Assembly (NCBI GenBank): GCA_049720475.1
Contig: JBNASH010000033.1
Location: forward strand, 3,784-67,783
Direction of reading: 5' to 3'
DNA: 64,000 bases
Source of the DNA: Minisyncoccia bacterium
GTDB taxonomy: Bacteria; Patescibacteriota; Minisyncoccia; UBA6257; JAAZHW01
The position numbers were made by a program, and so were the translations under genes. A model generated the notes under the pieces. The model did no database searches, was not told the origin of the DNA, and saw only the letters and a list, made by a program, of their open reading frames with translations. This document shows positions 57,538-64,000 of the stretch, in pieces; the first letter of the stretch is position 1; each line of letters begins with the position of its first letter.

Positions 57538-60051
57538 TTAGAAAAGTTTATCCCATTGTTCGTTTTCAACTAAATTAATAAATTCCTGAACATCAGTTGC
57601 ATAACGCGAATCAATTTTTAAAACTTGTTTCGCATATTCGATAGCCTTTTCTTTATTATGTAACTGAGCGTAAGCAGCAGCTAATTTAATAATTATTTGG
57701 AGGCGATTTTTTTGATATTGATTAGCTTTTTCTAAATAGGCAATAACTTTATTGATATGTTCTGGATCTTTAGGTGGATTGCTAATTTCTACAAAAATAG
57801 CCAAATCAATTAACCCTTTGACTTTATTTAACAGAAGGCCTTTTTGGAAAGCCGACAATTTTTTATCTTGAAGCATTGCTTCTGTTTTTTCAATTTCTTG
57901 ATCCACTAAATTAATTAACTTTCCTTGTTGCTGAAAATAAGAAACTTGCGGCATAACATTCATAATGAAATCAGAGGTATTTTCCAAAGAAAACTCATAG
58001 CCATTATCAAAAGCAGTGTTCATATATTTGAAAATTTCCTCCTCGCTTTTTTGATCTTGAATAGCCAAAACTGCCTTCAACCACCAAGCGGGTGCATATT
58101 TAGGAGTTTTCTCTAGCATTTCTGATAATTCCTGTTGTGTTTTTTCTTTTGTTGGCTGACTCAAAACATATTGCAAAATCAAATCGCTTCTTTTCGGATA
58201 ATTTTTCTTCAAAAAACCAAAATATTCATCCATTTCATTTAGGTATAACTGTCTTTCTGTTTCTGATAAATTAGGAAGTTTTGGCATTTGCGAGGCAATA
58301 TAGCTCAAATAAACATAAAAATCTACCATTGGCTCTCTTTTATAACCCGATAGTAATTGATCTTTAATCTTTTCATAATCTTTAATTACTTGATTCGTGT
58401 CAATTTTAATCTGACCAGAGTTGGCATAGGATAAATAAGAAAAGAAGTAATCGGCCCAAGGCTTTTTTATTTCGGTATTAATGAAAGTGTTCAAATTGAC
58501 CGCCTTCTCAAAAATTACAAATCTCCCTTCTAAATCCTGGGGGTTAACCCGATTTGCTTCAAAAACTAATTGGGCGGCCTTATAAGGTTTGTAATCAACA
58601 TGATAAAAGATAAAGGCGGCCACCAATAAAAACGCTCCTATTACTAATACATCCAAAACATCGAGCGAGTTTTTGGAAATAAATTTTTTTGACTCATTTT
58701 TATCATCAATGATATTTTTTCGAATTTTTATATTAGTAGTTGATAAATTGATAAATGCTAAAAAGAAATAGAAAAAGATTGAGTTAGCTGGCGTATCAAA
58801 AACAAAAAAGTTATGAACATTATAGGCTATAAACAAAGAAAAAATGATGATCCAACTAATTTTATCTTTTAATGTTTCGGATGATTTAACTTTTTTATAA
58901 ATCAAATACCCGACCACAAACAACAAAAATAAATAAGCTAGAAAACCAACTATTCCATTCATCACTAAGACATCAAAAAATTTATTATGCGCTCTATCAA
59001 AACGTTCATGACTTAAGGCATAATCATTGGCATCATAATGACTATCAAAAACAGCATAATACATATCTTGGCCATAACCAAAAATAGGTCTTTCTTTCCA
59101 CCAATTAAAACTGCGCTGCCAATTTAAAATACGGGCGCGCGTCGAAGCATCGGACAAAGAAATACTGGCCAAACGACCGATAAAAGGAATTTTTTCGCTA
59201 ATAACACTTTTTTGAATTTTGGGTTGAAAAACAAAAAACAAAACACCCAAAATAATAATCGCGACGGCAACAATAGCACTAATTTTTTTGTATTTTTTAT
59301 CAGGAATAGTAAAAATACTCAAAATTAACCCAACAAACAATCCCAAACCCAAACCTAAAATAGAACCGCGCGTCTGAGCCCACCAAAAAACGAAAAACGA
59401 AACAATGCCCATTATTAATACTAAATTTTTTTGCTGTTTAAACTCAGATTGCTGAATAAAATTAAGATAATACCAAACGATTAAAAACAAATGCACGAGC
59501 AAAAAGCCGGCAAAGAATGTTGGATTGCCAAAAACACCACCGGGCCGGGACAAATTTTCACCTCCCACTACCGGCACAATTTTTAAAATTTCCAAAATAG
59601 GAAAAATAGCGCCAAAAAAACTAATACAAATCGAAGTAAAAATTAATTTGCGGATCGCTTCTTTATCTTCAAAAAAAATCGAAGAAATGGCTAAAAAGAA
59701 AACATAAAAATGAAGCAAAGAAATAAAACCCTCCATTCGCTCAGCATTACCCCAAAAACTACGATAAGGAACAAGGCTAAAAATACAACTAATTAAAATG
59801 GCTAGATAAAAAATTGAGATGGCAATCGTTAAGAGATTAAAATGCGGCTTATATTTTTGAAAATTAATCACCATTAAAATTACCCAGACAAACAAAAGCA
59901 AAAGGACAAAAAACTGAAAAGGAAACATTTTGCCTAAAATAAATGGCCTTAAAATATTAGGCAAAAACATTAATGCGGAAAATAAAGCCGCGCCCACCAA
60001 GAAAAAAGCAACTTTTTTTAAATTTTTCTCCAGAGAAATTAATTGGTTCAT
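57538..60051 (-). CDS. O-antigen-ligase-like (Wzy_C) polytopic membrane protein with a C-terminal TPR-like domain
   Basis: About 12 TM segments with the WAQTRGSILGLGLG loop, then a ~350-aa helical-repeat region (AIEYAKQVLKIDSRYA). Confidence 0.6.
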   Translation of the reverse strand: MNQLISLEKNLKKVAFFLVGAALFSALMFLPNILRPFILGKMFPFQFFVLLLLFVWVILMVINFQKYKPHFNLLTIAISIFYLAILISCIFSLVPYRSFWGNAERMEGFISLLHFYVFFLAISSIFFEDKEAIRKLIFTSICISFFGAIFPILEILKIVPVVGGENLSRPGGVFGNPTFFAGFLLVHLFLIVWYYLNFIQQSEFKQQKNLVLIMGIVSFFVFWWAQTRGSILGLGLGLFVGLILSIFTIPDKKYKKISAIVAVAIIILGVLFFVFQPKIQKSVISEKIPFIGRLASISLSDASTRARILNWQRSFNWWKERPIFGYGQDMYYAVFDSHYDANDYALSHERFDRAHNKFFDVLVMNGIVGFLAYLFLLFVVGYLIYKKVKSSETLKDKISWIIIFSLFIAYNVHNFFVFDTPANSIFFYFFLAFINLSTTNIKIRKNIIDDKNESKKFISKNSLDVLDVLVIGAFLLVAAFIFYHVDYKPYKAAQLVFEANRVNPQDLEGRFVIFEKAVNLNTFINTEIKKPWADYFFSYLSYANSGQIKIDTNQVIKDYEKIKDQLLSGYKREPMVDFYVYLSYIASQMPKLPNLSETERQLYLNEMDEYFGFLKKNYPKRSDLILQYVLSQPTKEKTQQELSEMLEKTPKYAPAWWLKAVLAIQDQKSEEEIFKYMNTAFDNGYEFSLENTSDFIMNVMPQVSYFQQQGKLINLVDQEIEKTEAMLQDKKLSAFQKGLLLNKVKGLIDLAIFVEISNPPKDPEHINKVIAYLEKANQYQKNRLQIIIKLAAAYAQLHNKEKAIEYAKQVLKIDSRYATDVQEFINLVENEQWDKLF

Positions 60052-60124
60052 TGTTTAAAAAATTTTAAATTAATCTTAATTCGCGACATTAATCTATATT
60101 ATAGACAATAATTTATTTATGACA

Positions 60125-60153
60125 AACAAAAAAGCCCATAAAAGGGCTTTTTG
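60125..60153 (-). terminator. Intrinsic terminator
   Basis: AAAGCCC-ATAAAA-GGGCTTT with flanking A/T runs, downstream of 60172..60990. Confidence 0.7.
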
Positions 60154-60171
60154 CTTTAAATCTCAGCAATT

Positions 60172-60990
60172 TTACAATCCCATCTTCTGTTTCAATTCAT
60201 CAATAATTATCAAAACATCTACGCAACGATTATTGCTTAATAATTCATCAGCTTGTTTTAACTGATTTATAACTTCTTCTTTTTCCTCCATACTGAAATC
60301 TATGTAATCAATTTTGTCTTTAATATAATTTAAATCGTCTTCCAAATAAACAGGGCAATGATTAATTTTTTCTTCTGCTTCTGATTTTAAGGCAAAAACT
60401 TTATTTTCTACTTCCTGCAGTTGATTTTGAATTTTAACTATTTCGCTTGCCGATTCGTTTTTATTTGCAATTTGTTTCAAACTCTCTTTTGCTTTGTTGG
60501 TTTCTTTTTGTAATTGTTCGGATAAAATAGCCACTTGTTGAGGATTGGAAATTTGTTTTATTTGATTGGTCAATTCCTCTAAATTCTGAGCAACGGTTTC
60601 AAAAGCCAGCTGATTGTAATAATCACCTACTTTTTTATTTAAATCATTAACGACTGCTTGCGTCAGCATCATTTTCAAATCCAACTTGTATTCAGCCGGC
60701 GCTAAAGCAATTAAGCTTTTATTTATTAAGAGTTTAAAGCTGTAAAGAGGGCTATCAATGGAAGCGGTTTGAGCTAAATTAACGATACCGCCGAACAAAA
60801 GCAAGAAAGCACAAAAAACGGCTGCTAATTTATATTTCCAACCAAAAACAAAAATAGGCGCTTGAGCGCTTTTTATTTCAGTTTTCTCAATTTGGGCCAT
60901 TAAAATTCTTTTGCTTGAATCCAACCATTCTTGATCAGGCCTTATCATCTTTAATTGTTTGATTCTGGCAATAATTTCGGCTTTTTTCAT
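60172..60990 (-). CDS. Hypothetical single-pass membrane protein with an extracytoplasmic coiled coil
   Basis: One TM (LAAVFCAFLLLFGGIV) after a ~50-aa cytoplasmic head, as in anti-sigma-like layouts. No motif recognised. Confidence 0.45.
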   Translation of the reverse strand: MKKAEIIARIKQLKMIRPDQEWLDSSKRILMAQIEKTEIKSAQAPIFVFGWKYKLAAVFCAFLLLFGGIVNLAQTASIDSPLYSFKLLINKSLIALAPAEYKLDLKMMLTQAVVNDLNKKVGDYYNQLAFETVAQNLEELTNQIKQISNPQQVAILSEQLQKETNKAKESLKQIANKNESASEIVKIQNQLQEVENKVFALKSEAEEKINHCPVYLEDDLNYIKDKIDYIDFSMEEKEEVINQLKQADELLSNNRCVDVLIIIDELKQKMGL

Positions 60991-61036
60991 ATTGTCCCTC
61001 TATAATATATAACGAAAAACTTGCCAAAATATTACC

Positions 61037-62710
61037 TTAATAACCAAACCATTGACGATTGGCAATAGCCCGCGTTAAAGGACCAAAATAACCGGTGGCT
61101 GGCAGACCATTTTTCTGCTGGAATTTTTGAATGGCTGCCTTGGTTAGATCCAAAAAATTACCAGTGATTAATCTTTCGCTATAAAGATCGGGTTCTTTTT
61201 CAGAAAGCATCTTTTGCAAACACTTTACTTCATTATCATTTCTTAAACCATAATACAAGTCTCTTTGGAAAAATGAGCAAGAAAGATTTGTTTGATTCAT
61301 TGCGTTCAATTGAGCAATAAGCGTTGATAGCTGGGCTTTTAATTGAGCAATCCGTTGAGTGAGCTGCTCTATTAAAGCAGAATTATTGGAAGCGCTGCTA
61401 GAAATTTGAGCATCATACTTGAATAAAACGCCGCCGGAAGAGCTATCGGTAATTATTGGTAAAAGATAAAGAGTATTGGTATCAACGCCGAAATCATTAA
61501 TCGAGATTGTCCCTTTTTTATTCTCACTACTAACCGTTTCAATCTTTTTGTTGTTACTTTTATCAGTGGTGATATAAACTAAAATAAATTGGGTGTCTTG
61601 AGGAAATTCATAATAAATTTTTAAATCACCTCGGCCGCCACTAATTTTAATCCAGTTGCCAGCATATAAATTTAAATAAGTGCTAGCAGTTAAAGAAACC
61701 ACGCCATATTCCGGCAAATAGGTAGTATAGGGATAAATATGAAAGTTTTTTAAATTAGCATTATCAAAACAATAAAGTTTGCCCAACGAACAATCATTAA
61801 AAAGGAGGGTAATCAACCAATTTTTGAAAATAGTATTAAAATCTTCCGAATAACCATTTTTTGCTAAAGCATAATTGATGGAAGCAATACCAGTTAAATT
61901 AGAACGCAAAGAGTCAACTAAAATTTTAATGCCATACTTCTCAACAATGTATTCTGCTAAAAGATGGACCGCGGCATAATCGCTGTTTGTACCTCTAAAT
62001 TCTAACAAAGAAAAGCTTGGGTTTTGACGTAAATCATTAAGATGTTTTTCTAAAAAACTGCCGCTTAAATTAGTGTTATAACCCAAAAAGGTGGAGAGAT
62101 AATCAGAACGCGCTTCGGCTAACCAGCGCTCATCGTCAGAATTAACAAAAATCCCCTTTTGATTAAACGAAATAAGATGCAATACTTCATGAGAAAGATA
62201 ATAGCCAAGTTGATTAATCGACGCGTCCCAAAAAATACTCGTGCTTAAATAAACCATCTCATGCTGATTGGAAAAATTGCCAGAGGCGGCTGGCAAAGAA
62301 TCAACAAAGCGAGCATAACCAACATAATTTTCTTTCAAAGGATGAATTAAAACATAAATGTGGTAATCATTGTCATAGCCGGGAAGCGCTTCAGAGCCAA
62401 AAGTAGCAACAATTCGTGGATAATCGTACTGCTCAAAATAAGTAGCTAAGGTAGCAAATTTGGCGCTGATGGTGTTTTGATTATTGAAAGAAAGGCTTTG
62501 CCACCAATTAGTATCAACGAAAAAATTAAGTTTATTGGTTTGATAAACAAGGGTGGCATTAAGTTGATTGCGCGAATAATAATCATAATCGCTTTCAACA
62601 TAAAAAACGCTCTGAGAATTAATTGATTGCGCAAAAACAGCTGGCGAGAGAAAAACAAAAAGTGCCGCGATAATAAAGATAATTTTCCAATTAAATATCT
62701 TTTTTGGCAT
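61037..62710 (-). CDS. Secreted protein with an HExxH motif and a C-terminal peptidoglycan-binding domain (track ORF extends to 62746)
   Basis: Signal peptide MPKKIFNWKIIFIIAALFVFLSPAVFA, SHEVLHLISF, and C-terminal QKFQQKNGLPATGYFGPLT. TTGAAA-17-TATAAT ends 7 nt before the ATG at 62710. Confidence 0.65.
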   Translation of the reverse strand: MPKKIFNWKIIFIIAALFVFLSPAVFAQSINSQSVFYVESDYDYYSRNQLNATLVYQTNKLNFFVDTNWWQSLSFNNQNTISAKFATLATYFEQYDYPRIVATFGSEALPGYDNDYHIYVLIHPLKENYVGYARFVDSLPAASGNFSNQHEMVYLSTSIFWDASINQLGYYLSHEVLHLISFNQKGIFVNSDDERWLAEARSDYLSTFLGYNTNLSGSFLEKHLNDLRQNPSFSLLEFRGTNSDYAAVHLLAEYIVEKYGIKILVDSLRSNLTGIASINYALAKNGYSEDFNTIFKNWLITLLFNDCSLGKLYCFDNANLKNFHIYPYTTYLPEYGVVSLTASTYLNLYAGNWIKISGGRGDLKIYYEFPQDTQFILVYITTDKSNNKKIETVSSENKKGTISINDFGVDTNTLYLLPIITDSSSGGVLFKYDAQISSSASNNSALIEQLTQRIAQLKAQLSTLIAQLNAMNQTNLSCSFFQRDLYYGLRNDNEVKCLQKMLSEKEPDLYSERLITGNFLDLTKAAIQKFQQKNGLPATGYFGPLTRAIANRQWFGY

Positions 62711-62775
62711 TTTTTTGATTATAAAATAAAAAAGATGAGGTTTCAATAATGAAAGGAAAATGAAAGGAAAAAGAA

Positions 62776-62806
62776 AAGCGGCTGCGTTGTCCCAACGCAG
62801 CCGCTT
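62776..62806. terminator. 13-bp bidirectional terminator at the left edge of the GC-rich island
   Basis: AAGCGGCTGCGTT-GTCCC-AACGCAGCCGCTT, with A-run/T-run flanks, 5 nt after the stop of 62811..63605. Confidence 0.8.
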
Positions 62807-62810
62807 GTTT

Positions 62811-63605
62811 TTAATTTTCTTCTTGGAAGTCCCTCAGGGACAGGCCCCGAGGGTTTTTTTCTACCTCATCCGCTGCCCGAAGGGGCAATTCCTTGCCCCT
62901 TCTCGCCTCAACCACCCTTCTTTTTTCTTTTATTTTTTTATTTTTAGAAGGGGAAGGGGAGGCAGGGGAGGCAGGCTCCGGTGGTTGTGGCCGAATTAGT
63001 TGCGGTGGACGGGTTGGGATTGGGACTTTTTTAAGCCCCGCTTCCCATTTGGGGTTGGGAAGTCTCCGATCGGACTCAAAGAGTTCGACCGAGACTTTCA
63101 GGATTTCCTCGTCAACCTGACCGACGAGGAAATCCCGCAGGGATTCCTTATCCCGCACATAGTGCGGGATATCAATCATTACTCTCTCTCTTTCTAAGAG
63201 AGAGTAATGATTTCCCTGACGGGCTACCCCTAGGTAGTCCGCCACCAGTTTCCGGCCATGGAACCGTACAACGGTCCCATTCCGGAAAAGAAGTAACCAC
63301 TTCCCCACTTTATTGTTAAAGTGGGGAGTGATAAGTTTGTTCTCCCCAACCACTACAGCCCAGCCCTTGGGACCGGGCACAGAAAGGGAAATCTGAAACC
63401 ACTGGGGCTGCCCCAGTTGGGGCAAAAACACCCAAGGTTTCACAATTCCCCGCTCTACCACCACGCACGGCACTTTCAGCCGTGCTTTTAAAGGATCAAA
63501 GTGGACGCCCTGAAGGGCGCCACTTTTAATCCTCTCCAGAATGTCCTGCGGTTTGGGAATGCGTTCCCAAACCGCCCAGATTTTCAAAAAATTACTCCTG
63601 ATCAT
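62811..63605 (-). CDS. Hypothetical protein (264 aa) of the GC-rich island: beta-rich N-domain, Pro-rich linker, basic tail
   Basis: ATG preceded by TTAAAAATTTAATAGGAGGTTTTAA. Plausible protein composition. The ORF is overlaid by many perfect hairpins (see findings). Confidence 0.55.
   Translation of the reverse strand: MIRSNFLKIWAVWERIPKPQDILERIKSGALQGVHFDPLKARLKVPCVVVERGIVKPWVFLPQLGQPQWFQISLSVPGPKGWAVVVGENKLITPHFNNKVGKWLLLFRNGTVVRFHGRKLVADYLGVARQGNHYSLLERERVMIDIPHYVRDKESLRDFLVGQVDEEILKVSVELFESDRRLPNPKWEAGLKKVPIPTRPPQLIRPQPPEPASPASPSPSKNKKIKEKRRVVEARRGKELPLRAADEVEKNPRGLSLRDFQEEN
63101..63212. repeat. Three consecutive perfect inverted repeats (13, 10 and 16 bp stems) inside the ORF
   Basis: GGATTTCCTCGTC-N9-GACGAGGAAATCC (63101..63135); TATCCCGCAC-ATA-GTGCGGGATA (63149..63171); AATCATTACTCTCTCT-N7-AGAGAGAGTAATGATT (63174..63212). 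Confidence 0.9.
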
Positions 63606-63628
63606 TTAAAACCTCCTATTAAATTTTT

Positions 63629-63672
63629 AACAAGGTGTGGCCCGGGCCGATAGCCCTAAGGTTCACCTTGTT
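63629..63672 (-). promoter_or_regulatory. 5-prime-UTR stem-loop immediately upstream of the SD leader
   Basis: AACAAGGTG...CACCTTGTT 9-bp stem enclosing GGCCCGGGCC and GGGC-N5-GCCC sub-helices. A TATTGACTTTTT promoter-like box lies at 63701..63712. Confidence 0.5.
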
Positions 63673-63726
63673 GCTGTTTTAAGAATATCATAAAAATACA
63701 AAAAGTCAATAGGGTTGAAGAATAAA

Positions 63727-63746
63727 AGCGGGCTTAAAAGCCCGCT
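63727..63746 (-). terminator. Intrinsic terminator with the stop codon in the loop
   Basis: Minus strand AGCGGGC-TTTTAA-GCCCGCT followed by TTTATTC. The TAA of 63734..63931 lies in the loop. Confidence 0.7.
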
Positions 63747-63931
63747 TTTTTTCTTTCGCCCTTTTCCTTCTTCCTGTCCTCTAGGACAGAAAGAAGGACC
63801 ATTAAAAAGACTGAGAACAGCATCAGTCCCCCAGTCAACCCCGTCCATCCAACCTTTTCCTGTCCCCACGGCCGAAAGGCGTAGAGAACCAGATTCTCAA
63901 TTAATAACAAAAACAATAAAAAATATTTCAT
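63734..63931 (-). CDS. Small 2-TM membrane protein (65 aa) of the GC-rich island
   Basis: ATG at 63931 preceded by GAAAGGAGGTTTTTTG. MKYFLLFLLLIENLVLYAF...GLMLFSVFLMVLLSVL...KKEKGERKKAGF. A TATTGACTTTTT box lies at 63989..64000. Confidence 0.55.
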   Translation of the reverse strand: MKYFLLFLLLIENLVLYAFRPWGQEKVGWTGLTGGLMLFSVFLMVLLSVLEDRKKEKGERKKAGF

Positions 63932-64000
63932 CAAAAAACCTCCTTTCTTTTTTTTAAAAAGCTTCTTATATTCCAGCATAAAAATTTAAAAAAGTCAATA

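Noticed and set aside
60991-61010. Purine-rich AGAGGGA 4 nt upstream of the ATG at 60990, as a ninth SD-led gene
   Set aside because: It is only a partial GAGG match and lacks the shared A/T leader. That is too weak to count with the AAGGAGG class.
62760-63197. Three plus-strand ORFs (62760..62999, 62893..63120, 63000..63197) in the GC-rich island
   Set aside because: They have low-complexity Gly/Arg/Phe-rich products, no SD or promoter, and are antisense to the SD-led 264-codon ORF. Long antisense ORFs are expected in G+C-rich DNA. Antisense transcripts cannot be excluded.
62811-63605. Interpreting the island ORF as an HUH/Rep rolling-circle initiator because of the embedded hairpins
   Set aside because: I found no HUH (His-hydrophobic-His) or Rep_trans-like motif and no Walker motif in the translation. 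The origin-in-gene idea is kept only as one hypothesis.

Overview
This 64 kb window is gene-dense, AT-rich and coded almost entirely on the minus strand. It looks like a reduced Candidate Phyla Radiation (Parcubacteria-like) bacterium. Recognisable content: a type IV pilus block (pilB fragment, membrane protein, two tandem pilins, CheY-like regulator); one unlinked 16S rRNA directly downstream of an infA-rpmJ-rpsM-rpsK-rpsD-rpoA-rplQ-rplM-rpsI operon; alaS, metG, valS, tyrS, infB, efp, secDF; five tRNAs (Lys-UUU, Ser-CGA, Val-GAC, Ala-CGC, Ala-GGC); a ~6 kb glycan-synthesis cluster; envelope enzymes (PAP2, an L,D-transpeptidase/DD-peptidase fusion, PMT-like and O-antigen-ligase-like proteins); PolX, Nudix, a beta-CASP nuclease, queA+yhhQ, a histidine kinase and thiol-redox genes. 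Four observations stand out. (i) The 16S 3-prime tail has no CCUCC anti-SD at the canonical position, and housekeeping genes lack an SD and are often leaderless (TATAAT 6-8 nt from the ATG). (ii) In contrast, eight ORFs in four self-contained promoter-leader-ORF-terminator cassettes carry a perfect AAGGAGG, most of them behind a shared TTAAAAATTTAA-type leader. (iii) The last cassette (62.8-64.0 kb, cut by the window edge) is a G+C-rich island whose 264-codon ORF overlaps at least a dozen perfect or near-perfect stem-loops. (iv) An XRE-led five-gene operon of unknown function sits beside tRNA-Ser, between two GC-rich structured spacers. I saw no CRISPR array, transposase, integrase or recoded stop codons. 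All protein calls come from motif recognition by eye, not database searches.
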